Shown piece by piece: positions 10,080 to 18,905 of a DNA stretch of 39,257 nt (positions are counted from its first letter, which is position 1; each line of letters opens with the position of its first letter). The translations under genes and the position numbers were made by a program. The DNA is taken from the NCBI GenBank assembly GCA_021784875.1, contig JAJYHF010000019.1, forward strand, positions 1-39,257, written 5' to 3'. The DNA comes from a bacterium. Lineage in GTDB: Bacteria > Patescibacteriota > Minisyncoccia > Phycocordibacterales > Phycocordibacteraceae. The notes below the pieces were generated by a model that was not told the origin of the DNA, did no database searches, and saw nothing but the letters and a program-made list of their open reading frames with translations.

Positions 10080-10865
10080 ATGAAAACGAAACGACGCGCC
10101 GGCGTGAACCCTAGGCGCCAACAAAAGGAAAAAATCTATGTCTACGGCCGGCACGCGCTCGCCGAGGCGCTCGAGAACATGCCGCAAGCGGTGCGGAAGG
10201 CTTTCATCGCGCCCGACCTGAAGGACGCCCGGCTGCGTGCCCTCCTTAAGAAGCACGGCATCCCGACCGCCGACCTCGCGCCCGGCAAGGGCAAGGAGCT
10301 CGCGGGCCGCGACGCGGTGCACCAAGGCGTCATCGCCCTCATCGATCCGGCGGCCGTCCTCACCCCGCTCGACCGCTTTCTCGAGACGCTCGACCTCGCC
10401 CGGAATCCGGCGGTCGCGGTCCTCGGCGAACTACAGGACCCGCATAACGTCGGCGCCGTCATCCGCTCGGCGGCCGCCTTCGGCCTCTCGGGCATCCTTA
10501 TCCCCGAACATAACCAAGCCGGTATAACCGGCACGGTCGTGAAGGCCTCGGCCGGCATGGCCTTCCGCATCCCGCTCGTTTCGATCGGGAACGTGAACCA
10601 CACGCTCGAAGTACTCAAGAAGCACGGCTTCTGGACCTACGGTCTCGCGATGAAGGGGACGGCGACCCCTGGCTCCGACGCCTTCGACGCGCCGGCCGCC
10701 TTCGTCATCGGGAACGAAGGCGCGGGCGTGCGCGAGAAGACGCTCGCCGCCTGCGATGTCACGCTCGCAATCCCGATGCATCCGCGCACCGAGTCCTTGA
10801 ACGCCGCCGTCTCAGCCGCCATCATCTTCTACGAGTGGAGCCGCAAGCACCCGGAAGCACTATGA
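10080..10865 (+). CDS. rlmB: SPOUT/TrmH family RNA 2'-O-methyltransferase, RlmB-like
   Basis: YGRHA, HQGV, QDPHNVGAVIRSA, IGNEGAG, IPM...ESLNAAVS motifs. Confidence 0.85.
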   Translation: MKTKRRAGVNPRRQQKEKIYVYGRHALAEALENMPQAVRKAFIAPDLKDARLRALLKKHGIPTADLAPGKGKELAGRDAVHQGVIALIDPAAVLTPLDRFLETLDLARNPAVAVLGELQDPHNVGAVIRSAAAFGLSGILIPEHNQAGITGTVVKASAGMAFRIPLVSIGNVNHTLEVLKKHGFWTYGLAMKGTATPGSDAFDAPAAFVIGNEGAGVREKTLAACDVTLAIPMHPRTESLNAAVSAAIIFYEWSRKHPEAL

Positions 10866-11719
10866 TGCACGACCACCATCTCACTACCCTCTCTTGGGAA
10901 GATTACGAACTTCTCGACTCGGGCGAAGGGATGAAGCTCGAACGCTTCGGTGAGATCGTCGTCGCGCGCCCCGAGACGCAGGCGCTCTGGGCGAAGCAGA
11001 AGCCCGAACTCTGGAAGCAGGCGCACGCCACGTTCGCCTTCCGCGACAAGAAAGGTTCATGGGATATCAAGAAGCCGATTCCGGAATCCTGGGAGCTCGG
11101 CTGGGAGGACGCACACTTCACGGCGAAGCTCACCGGCTTCAAGCATACGGGTATCTTCCCCGAGCAGGCGCCGAACTGGAAATGGCTCCGGCGGGTCGTG
11201 CACCCCGATGCGAAAGTATTGAACCTCTTCGGCTACACGGGCGTCGCCTCCGTCGTCGCAGCGCTCGCGGGCGCGCAGGTGACGCACGTCGACGCCTCGA
11301 AGCAGTCGCTCGATTGGGCACACGACAACGCACGCCGTTCCGGCCTCGCCGAGGACACGATCCGCTGGATCCCGGACGACGCGCTCGCTTTCGCGAAGCG
11401 TGAAGCTCGCCGCAGTACGCGCTACGACGGTATCATCCTCGACCCGCCCGCCTTCGGCCGCGGCGCGAAGGGCGAGGTTTGGAAGATCGAGGAGGACCTG
11501 CCCCGGCTCCTCACCGCACTTCGAGATGTCTTCTCCGATACGCCCGGCTCCTTCTTCCTCTTGAATGGTTATGCCGCCGGCTATGCGCCGCGCTCGTTCG
11601 CGCAGGCGGTCGAGAGCACGTTCGGAGACGTAAGCGGCGAAAGCGGCGAGCTCCACATCAAGGAATCTTCCTCCGACCGCGTCATCCCCGCCGGTATTTA
11701 TGTGCGCTTCGTGCGATAG
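10862..11719 (+). CDS. Class I SAM-dependent methyltransferase (RlmI/RlmK-like)
   Basis: KHTGIFPEQ, VLNLFGYTG, HVDAS, IILDPPAFG motifs; ATGA overlap with upstream stop. Confidence 0.85.
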   Translation: MMHDHHLTTLSWEDYELLDSGEGMKLERFGEIVVARPETQALWAKQKPELWKQAHATFAFRDKKGSWDIKKPIPESWELGWEDAHFTAKLTGFKHTGIFPEQAPNWKWLRRVVHPDAKVLNLFGYTGVASVVAALAGAQVTHVDASKQSLDWAHDNARRSGLAEDTIRWIPDDALAFAKREARRSTRYDGIILDPPAFGRGAKGEVWKIEEDLPRLLTALRDVFSDTPGSFFLLNGYAAGYAPRSFAQAVESTFGDVSGESGELHIKESSSDRVIPAGIYVRFVR

Positions 11720-11735
11720 CGGATACAATACTTTC

Positions 11736-12596
11736 ATGCCTCGTAAAAATATCGCTATCCTCTATCACGCCGATTGTCCCGATGGCTTCGGTGGTGCCTA
11801 TGCCGCCTGGAAGAAATTCGGCGATGACGCAGAATACATACCGGTTAAGCACGGCCGACCCGCGCCCGAGCTTGGGAATGGGCGCGATATCTACTGCATC
11901 GACTTCTCTTATCCAGCCGAGATTATGAAGACGCTCGCGCAAGCGGCGAAGCATCTCATCGTCCTCGATCATCACGAAGGCGCGCGCGATGTCGCAACGG
12001 CGTTCCCCGGCATCTTCGACACGGAACACTCCGGCGCGACCATCGCGTGGAGTTATTTCCATCCCGAGACGCCGATACCGCTCTTCTTGCGCTACGTCGA
12101 GACCGGCGACCTCTTCCGCTTCGACCTCCCCGATTCACGCGCGATCCTCTCCTACGCTTATACGAAACCCTTCCATTTCGACGTATGGGACGAACTCGTG
12201 CGCCAAATCGAAGACCCGGTTGAACGTGCTAAGGTGATAGCCCGCGGCGCTATCTACTTCGAGTACTACATGTTCACGGTCGAGCGCCTCGCCGCGCGCG
12301 CCGAGCTTGTCATGTTCGAAGGATACGAAATCTACCTAGGCAACGGCGCTTCTATATTCAACTCCGACGTCGGCCATGTACTCGCGGCAAAAAAAGGCCC
12401 TTGTGCGCTCGTCACGAGTGTGGCACACGACGGTATAAAGGTTTCCATCCGCGGCGACGGATCGGTCGATGTCTCCGAGCTCGCACGGCGCCACGGCGGA
12501 AACGGCCATCCGAACGCCTCGGCTTTCTTCGTCCCATGGGGCGAACCGCTCCCATGGACGTCAGTCGCTCGTCATCATGAAAATCCTCGCGATTGA
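11736..12596 (+). CDS. DHH/DHHA1 family phosphoesterase (nanoRNase-like)
   Basis: YHADCPDG, DFS, DHH, GGNGHPNAS motifs; TACAAT box 6 nt before ATG 11736. Confidence 0.85.
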   Translation: MPRKNIAILYHADCPDGFGGAYAAWKKFGDDAEYIPVKHGRPAPELGNGRDIYCIDFSYPAEIMKTLAQAAKHLIVLDHHEGARDVATAFPGIFDTEHSGATIAWSYFHPETPIPLFLRYVETGDLFRFDLPDSRAILSYAYTKPFHFDVWDELVRQIEDPVERAKVIARGAIYFEYYMFTVERLAARAELVMFEGYEIYLGNGASIFNSDVGHVLAAKKGPCALVTSVAHDGIKVSIRGDGSVDVSELARRHGGNGHPNASAFFVPWGEPLPWTSVARHHENPRD

Positions 12597-13797
12597 AACC
12601 TCCTGCGACGAGACGGCGGTGGCCATAGTCGAAGCGACTGGAGATGAGCGGAACGCGCATTTCCACATCCTAGGCAACGCGCTCCTCTCGCAGATCGAGC
12701 TCCATAAGCCCTACGGCGGCGTCTTCCCTTCTCTCGCCAAGCGCGAGCACGCGAAGAATCTCGTGCCGCTCCTCGACGCCGCGCTCGAGGAGGCTGAGCT
12801 CGTTCGCGAAGACACGCAGGCCATGTCGGAGGAATTGCACAACCGGATTGCCGAAACGCTCGCGCGCGAAGAAGGGCTCGCCGAAGCGTTCTTCGACTTC
12901 ATCGACGAGTGCGAAGCGCCCGCGATCGACGCGATCGCCGTCACGGCCGGCCCCGGCCTCGAGCCGGCGCTCTGGGTCGGCGTGAGCTTCGCGAAAGCGC
13001 TCGCGCTCGCCTGGGACAAACCGCTCGTTGCGGTCAACCATATGGAAGGCCACATCATGGCGGCCCTTGCGGGGGGCGAAGGCGACGGACTCGTCATCAA
13101 GAATGTCGCATTGCCCGTACTCGCGCTCCTTATCTCGGGCGGGCACACCGAGCTCGTCTTGATGAAAGAGTGGCTCGAATACGAACTCGTCGGCAGGACG
13201 CGCGACGACGCGGTCGGCGAAGCCTTCGACAAGGTCGCGCGCATGCTCGAGCTCCCCTATCCGGGCGGGCCCGAGATCTCGAAACTTGCAGAAGGGCTCC
13301 GAGACACGGAAGCGAACGTGAGTAAGGTCAGACCTTACTCAGATGAGGAAGGTCTGACCTTACTCACGCAGAGGCTCCCCCGACCGATGCTCCACGACGC
13401 GACCTGCGACTTCTCCTTCGCGGGGCTCAAGACCGCTGTGTTAAATCTCCTTAAGAAGCACGGCGGCATCTCCGCGAGCGAGCGCTCCCATCTCGCGCGC
13501 GAGTTCGAGGATGCGGTCACCGAGGTACTTCTCAAGAAGACAGAACGCGCCCTCGTGAGAGAGGGCGCGCAAACCCTCGTCCTCGGCGGCGGCGTCTCTG
13601 CGAATACGCACATCCGTCGCGTTTTCAAAAAAGCAATCGAAGAAAACGCCCCGAACGTCGCGCTCCGCATCCCTACTGCCTCCCTCTCGACCGACAACGC
13701 CGTCATGATCGCCCTCGCCGGCTTCTACCGCGCCCTCCGCAACGACTTCACCGACCCTGCCACGCTCATCGCGAACGGGAACCTCTCCCTCGCATAA
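12577..13797 (+). CDS. tsaD: tRNA N6-threonylcarbamoyltransferase TsaD
   Basis: MKILAIETSCDET, GPGL, NHMEGH, SGGHT, TRDDAVGEAFDK, FSFAGLKT, GGVSAN, TDNAVMIA. Confidence 0.95.
   Translation: MKILAIETSCDETAVAIVEATGDERNAHFHILGNALLSQIELHKPYGGVFPSLAKREHAKNLVPLLDAALEEAELVREDTQAMSEELHNRIAETLAREEGLAEAFFDFIDECEAPAIDAIAVTAGPGLEPALWVGVSFAKALALAWDKPLVAVNHMEGHIMAALAGGEGDGLVIKNVALPVLALLISGGHTELVLMKEWLEYELVGRTRDDAVGEAFDKVARMLELPYPGGPEISKLAEGLRDTEANVSKVRPYSDEEGLTLLTQRLPRPMLHDATCDFSFAGLKTAVLNLLKKHGGISASERSHLAREFEDAVTEVLLKKTERALVREGAQTLVLGGGVSANTHIRRVFKKAIEENAPNVALRIPTASLSTDNAVMIALAGFYRALRNDFTDPATLIANGNLSLA
13317..13368. repeat. Tandem palindromic element inside tsaD
   Basis: Perfect 20-bp inverted repeat CGTGAGTAAGGTCAGACCTT / AAGGTCTGACCTTACTCACG, built from two 23-bp palindromic units. 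Confidence 0.9.
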
Positions 13798-13824
13798 CGC
13801 ACACATTTGCTATATTCTTAAGCG

Positions 13825-16020
13825 ATGGACGAGAAATTTCTCAAGCCCTACAACCCGCAGGAGACGGAGACGCGGGTCTATGAGGCCTGGGAGACAAGCG
13901 GCTATTTCAATCCGGACAACCTGCCGGAGGGCAAGGAACGGCCGCCATTCACAATCATGATGCCGCCGCCGAACGCGACCGGAATCCTCCACATGGGTCA
14001 CGCGCTCGGCCTCTCTATCCAGGACATCATCATTCGCTTCGAGAGAATGCGAGGCAAGGCGACACTTTGGCTCCCTGGCACCGACCACGCCGCCATCGCG
14101 ACGCAATCCAAGGTCGAGAAGCAGATCAAGAAGGAGGAAGGCAAGAGCCGTCACGACCTCGGCCGCGAGGAGCTCTTGAAGCGCATCGAGACCTTCGTTG
14201 CCGAGAGCCGAGCTACTATCCAGAAACAGGTCCGCGTCATGGGCGCCTCCTGCGACTGGTCACGTGAGGCCTTCACGCTCGATGCGGAACGCAATCGTGC
14301 GGTCAATACGATCTTCAAGCGCATGTACGACGCTGGCCTCATCTATCGCGGCAACCGCATCGTCAACTGGGATCCGAAGGGCCAGACGACGATCAGTGAC
14401 GACGAGATCGTCTACGAAGAGCGCACGGCGAAGCTCTACACCTTCCGATATGCGAAGGACTTCCCCATCCCCGTCGCGACGACACGTCCCGAGACGAAGG
14501 TCGGCGACGTCGCTGTTGCCGTCCATCCGGACGATGCGCGTTATAAGGAGTTCGTTGGGAAGGAATACGACGCCGTCTTCTGCGACGTCCCGATCCATAT
14601 CAAAGTGGTCGCCGACAAAGAGGTCGACCCGACCTTCGGCACCGGCGCGGTCGGCGTCACGCCCGCGCACAGCCAGACCGACTGGGACATCGCCGACCGC
14701 CATGCGCTCTCGCACGAGGTCATCGTCATCAACGAATACGCGAAGATGACCGCCTCCGGCCGCTTAAACGGACTTAAGACGACCGACGCGCGCGAGCAGG
14801 TCGTCGCATGGCTCCGCGGAGAAGGCCTTCTCGAGAAGGAAGAAGACGTAAGGCAGAACATCGCGACTGCCGAGCGCACGGGCGGCATCATCGAGCCCTT
14901 GCCCAAGCTCCAGTGGTGGGTGAACGTGAACAAGGAGGTGCCCGGCCGAGGCAAATCGCTGAAGGATCTCATGCTCGAGCCGGTGAAGGGCGGGAAGATC
15001 ACGATCATCCCTGAGCACTTCGAGAAGACCTACTATCACTGGATCGAGAACCTGCGCGACTGGTGCATCAGCCGCCAGATCTGGTACGGGCACCGCGTCC
15101 CCGTCTGGTACAAGGGCGAGGAGATTCAGGTCGGCGTCGAGCCGGCAGAAGCGGGCTGGGAGCAGGACGAGGACACGCTCGACACCTGGTTCTCTTCCGG
15201 ACTCTGGACCTTCTCGACCCTCGGCTGGCCGGACGATACCGCTGACCTGCGACGCTTCCATCCGACGGATACCATCGTCCCCGCCTATGAGATCCTCTTC
15301 TTCTGGATCGCACGCATGATCCTCATGACCGAGTTCGCGCTCGGCGATATCCCCTTCAAGACGGTGTACCTCACCGGCATCATCCGCGATACGCAGGGAC
15401 GCAAGTTCTCGAAGTCGCTCGGCAACGGCATCGACCCGATCGACATAGCGGCGAAGTTCGGCGCCGACGCTGCGCGCATGGCGCTCGTGGTCGGCAACAC
15501 GCCGGGCACCGACATGCGCATGAGCGAGGACAAGATCAAGGGCTACAAGCACTTCGCGAACAAGCTCTGGAACATCGCGCGGTTCATATTGGAAAATACA
15601 GAAGCCGGCGGAAGCGAGGGTTCGGCAATTCCGGATAGTAAGACTCGGCCGAACGGCCTGGAGCGCTATCCGGAATTGCTGAATCCGAGCGACCGCACGC
15701 ATTTTAAAGCGCTGAGCGCCTTAACCACCGACGTTACTCGCGATATCGAGGAATATCGCCCCTATCTCGCCGCCGAGAAGATTTATCATTATGTCTGGCA
15801 CGAGCTTGCCGACAAGATCCTCGAGGAGTCGAAACCGATCCTGAACGGCACGGATGATGCCGCGCGCGCTTCGCGCGCGCGACTCCTCCTCACACTCCTC
15901 GACACGTCGCTGCGCCTCCTCCACCCCTTCATGCCCTTCGTCACCGAAGAAATCTATCAATCAATGCCCACAAAAGATTCTGATTTCCTCATGATCGCCC
16001 ATTGGCCGGTGGTAGAATAA
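13825..16020 (+). CDS. valS: Valine--tRNA ligase, lacking the C-terminal coiled coil
   Basis: PPPNATGILHMGH (HIGH), GTDHAAIATQ, DWCISRQIWYGH, LDTWFSS, KFSKSLGN (KMSKS), LLHPFMPFVTEE. Confidence 0.95.
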   Translation: MDEKFLKPYNPQETETRVYEAWETSGYFNPDNLPEGKERPPFTIMMPPPNATGILHMGHALGLSIQDIIIRFERMRGKATLWLPGTDHAAIATQSKVEKQIKKEEGKSRHDLGREELLKRIETFVAESRATIQKQVRVMGASCDWSREAFTLDAERNRAVNTIFKRMYDAGLIYRGNRIVNWDPKGQTTISDDEIVYEERTAKLYTFRYAKDFPIPVATTRPETKVGDVAVAVHPDDARYKEFVGKEYDAVFCDVPIHIKVVADKEVDPTFGTGAVGVTPAHSQTDWDIADRHALSHEVIVINEYAKMTASGRLNGLKTTDAREQVVAWLRGEGLLEKEEDVRQNIATAERTGGIIEPLPKLQWWVNVNKEVPGRGKSLKDLMLEPVKGGKITIIPEHFEKTYYHWIENLRDWCISRQIWYGHRVPVWYKGEEIQVGVEPAEAGWEQDEDTLDTWFSSGLWTFSTLGWPDDTADLRRFHPTDTIVPAYEILFFWIARMILMTEFALGDIPFKTVYLTGIIRDTQGRKFSKSLGNGIDPIDIAAKFGADAARMALVVGNTPGTDMRMSEDKIKGYKHFANKLWNIARFILENTEAGGSEGSAIPDSKTRPNGLERYPELLNPSDRTHFKALSALTTDVTRDIEEYRPYLAAEKIYHYVWHELADKILEESKPILNGTDDAARASRARLLLTLLDTSLRLLHPFMPFVTEEIYQSMPTKDSDFLMIAHWPVVE
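15618..15686. repeat. Long hairpin element inside valS
   Basis: GGGTTCGGCAATTCCGGATAG pairs with CTATCCGGAATTGCTGAATCC (two G-U pairs); inner GGCC-GAAC-GGCC hairpin. Confidence 0.85.
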
Positions 16021-16024
16021 AAAG

Positions 16025-16732
16025 GTGACCCTCTCCACGCTCGGCTACGCGTTTATCGGCGGGCTCCTCCCCTCGCTCGTCTGGCTCTATTTCCTCTTGC
16101 GCGAGGAGGCGAACCACCCGGAGCCGAAGCGTCTCATCGTCCTTGCCTTCATCGCCGGCATGATCGCCGTCCCGATCGCACTGCCGCTTGAGCAGTGGGC
16201 GCGGGCACATTTCCCCGATTCATCCATCTTCGTCGCCTGGGCGCTCATCGAGGAGCTGCTTAAGTATGCGATGGCCGCTATCCTCATCCTCTGGCGCCGT
16301 GCAGTCGACGAAGCGCCCGACTATGTGATCTATATGATCACCATCGCACTCGGCTTCGCCGCCGCCGAGAACATGCTCTTCCTCCTCGCGCCGCTCCTCG
16401 ACGGGAACATGGCAAGCACCTTCTTCACCGGCGACATACGCTTCCTCGGCTCCTCCCTACTCCACGTCCTCGCCTCCGCAGCGATCGGCTTCTCGCTCGC
16501 CTTCTCCTCAGGAAGCCGCCCGCTCATCCGGATGGCTGCCGCCTTCGGCGGACTTATCCTCGCCGTGGCGTTGCACACGGCGTTCAACGCCCTTATCATC
16601 AGTCAAGGCGCCTCCGCGACGCTCGGCGCATTTTTCCTCGTCTGGACGGCAGCCGTCGTGTACTTCGCGACCTTCGAGGTACTCAAATATTTCCAATACC
16701 GTCACCTTATAAACCCGCAACGCTACGTATGA
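16025..16732 (+). CDS. prsW: PrsW family intramembrane metalloprotease
   Basis: EP motif after TM1, IEELLK, LGFAAAEN, conserved His and LHTAFN; GTG start 6 nt after TGGTAGAAT. Confidence 0.85.
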   Translation: MTLSTLGYAFIGGLLPSLVWLYFLLREEANHPEPKRLIVLAFIAGMIAVPIALPLEQWARAHFPDSSIFVAWALIEELLKYAMAAILILWRRAVDEAPDYVIYMITIALGFAAAENMLFLLAPLLDGNMASTFFTGDIRFLGSSLLHVLASAAIGFSLAFSSGSRPLIRMAAAFGGLILAVALHTAFNALIISQGASATLGAFFLVWTAAVVYFATFEVLKYFQYRHLINPQRYV

Positions 16733-17256
16733 CTACCAAGCACTCATTCTTCAGCCGCCTCTCCGGCTCCTCCGTCTCCGACGATCCTTTCGACTCCTTC
16801 GACGAGGAACTGCCGACGGTGCCGATACCGGCTCGGTCAGACTTGCGCCGCGCGAGCGAGATGGCCATGACCGCCAGCAGGCAGGCCGTCCGACCCGCGC
16901 CGCTCGAAGAGGTCAGTGCTGAAGCCGAGGGACAGCTGCCGGTCGACGTGCATCAGACCGGGAACGATATCGTCATCCGTGCCTTCGTCGCCGGTGTGCG
17001 TCCCGATGAACTCAGTATTTCGATCAGCCGCGACATGGTAGAGATCGAGGGATCCCGCATGGAACGCGACAAGATCGCCGGGCCCGACTATTTCACCCAG
17101 GAACTTTTCTGGGGTTCGTTCTCGCGTGTCATCTCGCTCCCGCAGGAGATCGACGTCGACGCCGCCACGGCGAGTGCCAAGGATGGTCTCCTCACCATCA
17201 CCCTCCCCAAACTCGACAAGGCTCGTCAGACCAAGCTCCGCGTCAAGGCGGGCTAG
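16729..17256 (+). CDS. Small heat shock protein (Hsp20/alpha-crystallin)
   Basis: PVDVHQT, AGV, ELFWGSFSRVISLP, DGLLTITLPK; ATGA overlap with prsW. Confidence 0.9.
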   Translation: MTTKHSFFSRLSGSSVSDDPFDSFDEELPTVPIPARSDLRRASEMAMTASRQAVRPAPLEEVSAEAEGQLPVDVHQTGNDIVIRAFVAGVRPDELSISISRDMVEIEGSRMERDKIAGPDYFTQELFWGSFSRVISLPQEIDVDAATASAKDGLLTITLPKLDKARQTKLRVKAG

Positions 17257-18341
17257 TCAAGCGTTACGGTCGAGAGCGGAGGCGTCGAGGAGGCGGAGGG
17301 GACGAAAGCAGCGGTGAAGGGGATGCGCGCAATGAGACGGCCATCAGCGGTCTCGACGTCGACACGCCAGGAACCCGCCTCGTTTATAGGCATCGTGGAG
17401 TAGCCGAGGTAGCCGCTCGCGCGGCCGCCGGTGATCGGATAGGTGATAACCGCTTCCGTTACCCAGCCCCTCCCGCTCCCGTCATACCATTCCCAGCGGT
17501 GTGTGATGGCCGCATGAAGCGCCGCCGGCGCGAAGACGGCGCTGAAAGCCGAGAGCGAACTTCCCCGCATGAGGTGCTCGGTCGGCGTGAAGCCGAGCCA
17601 ACGCACCGTCCAGGGCTCAGCCTCTGCAGTCCCGATATACGCGCCCGGAACGCGCTCAACGCTATGATAGATGCCGGCTGCTGGCGCGGTTACCGGCAGG
17701 GGCGGCAGGATGCTGGTGAAATAGAAGAGATTCATCACCGCGAGTACGCCGAGCGCTCCCGCGCGGATCCGCCAGACGTCGGCACGGAAGCGCTCCCGCG
17801 CGAGACGACGCAGGAGCATCGTGAAGAGCGTGAAGACGCCGACCGCGACGAGTCCGCTCCCGATGAAGGTCATCGTGCCGATCGTATGCGTATAGATCGG
17901 GAGCGAGAAGATGGCTGCTGAATAAAGCGCGAGGAAGAAGAGGATGCTCGTGAAGACGAGGCGAGCGTGATACTTATGGAAATATTCGCTCCCGACGAAG
18001 ACGAGGAACAGGAGCAGGAGGAACGGCCACGATGCGCTCCAGACTGCCGCACGAGCATAGAAGATGACGAACGCGCTCCAGAAGCCGCCGAGCGCGAATT
18101 GCGTCACGAACCGCAGGATGACGCGAGAGCGCGGAGGCACAGGACGCGACTCGAGATGATGGAGCCACGGGATCGAGACGAAGCACGCGAGCGAGTAGCC
18201 TGCCAGGAGCAGCTGGGTCTGGAAGATATCCACCCGCTTGAAGAGGAGGTTGTCGGCGATGAAGCCGGCCACCATCGCAAGCGCCGAAAGGTGCCGCTCG
18301 TACCGGCGCACCCAGGCGAAGAACCGTGCAAGCCCCGACAT
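17253..18341 (-). CDS. Membrane protein with C-terminal beta-rich domain (DUF2914-like)
   Basis: 7-8 TM segments, then AFSAVFAP...HRW...GGR.SGY.GYS...GSWRVDVETADGRLI pattern recalled for DUF2914. Confidence 0.65.
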   Translation of the reverse strand: MSGLARFFAWVRRYERHLSALAMVAGFIADNLLFKRVDIFQTQLLLAGYSLACFVSIPWLHHLESRPVPPRSRVILRFVTQFALGGFWSAFVIFYARAAVWSASWPFLLLLFLVFVGSEYFHKYHARLVFTSILFFLALYSAAIFSLPIYTHTIGTMTFIGSGLVAVGVFTLFTMLLRRLARERFRADVWRIRAGALGVLAVMNLFYFTSILPPLPVTAPAAGIYHSVERVPGAYIGTAEAEPWTVRWLGFTPTEHLMRGSSLSAFSAVFAPAALHAAITHRWEWYDGSGRGWVTEAVITYPITGGRASGYLGYSTMPINEAGSWRVDVETADGRLIARIPFTAAFVPSASSTPPLSTVTLD

Positions 18342-18342
18342 G

Positions 18343-18415
18343 TGCTTGGGGTCGGGATCGAACCGACGACCCTTCCCTCTTCAGGGGAATGCTCTACCAA
18401 CTGAGCTACCCAAGC
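18343..18415 (-). tRNA. tRNA-Phe(GAA), CCA not encoded
   Basis: GCTTGGG/CCCAAGC acceptor, TTCCC-CTGAAGA-GGGAA anticodon arm, GGTTCGATCCC T arm. Confidence 0.95.
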
Positions 18416-18429
18416 TTATATTTATTTGC

Positions 18430-18723
18430 TTACTTACCACCCTTGAGGAAGTTTATCAGCTTTTGTGCCTCAGAGGAAGTCGGCAGGCCGAAGAGGTTGG
18501 TCGTGGTCGTCGCGGAGAGGCCGGAGACTGCCGAGACCTTTTGGATGATCGGCGCGAGATACTGCTGATAGAGGAAGAGCGGGAGGGCGAGCACGAGGAC
18601 CCAGATGACGATCGAGCCGAGCGTGCTTAAGAATTGGCTCCGCCGGACTGAGCGCAGCATCTTGTGATTGTCGCGCACGAGCGCGTGTATCTCGTCGAGC
18701 TCCTTTCGCAGGTCGGGATCCAT
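18430..18723 (-). CDS. Hypothetical single-pass membrane protein, 97 aa
   Basis: N-terminal coiled coil, one TM segment; TGGTATACT box 8 nt before ATG. Confidence 0.75.
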   Translation of the reverse strand: MDPDLRKELDEIHALVRDNHKMLRSVRRSQFLSTLGSIVIWVLVLALPLFLYQQYLAPIIQKVSAVSGLSATTTTNLFGLPTSSEAQKLINFLKGGK

Positions 18724-18743
18724 GTGCCCTTAGTATACCATTG

Positions 18744-18815
18744 TGCCCTTGCCAGGAATCGGACCTGGATTACCACGTTAGGAGTGTGGAGTTCTATCCG
18801 TTGAACTACAAGGGC
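18744..18815 (-). tRNA. tRNA-Arg(CCT), CCA not encoded
   Basis: GCCCTTG/CAAGGGC acceptor, CT-CCT-AA anticodon loop, CCAGG-TCCGATT-CCTGG T arm. Confidence 0.9.
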
Positions 18816-18825
18816 CAAGCGAGGC

Positions 18826-18857
18826 TAAAAGAACGTTAGTAATCTAACATTCTTTTA
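18826..18857. promoter_or_regulatory. AT-rich inverted repeat upstream of tRNA-Arg (operator or weak terminator)
   Basis: TAAAAGAACGTTAG-TAAT-CTAACATTCTTTTA, 14-bp arms with one mismatch; overlaps TGTTAGATT -10-like box on the minus strand. Confidence 0.5.
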
Positions 18858-18905
18858 CGCCGAGCGCGCCCGCGTATCGAGTCTGCGAAGATAAAGGCGC
18901 GCGCA

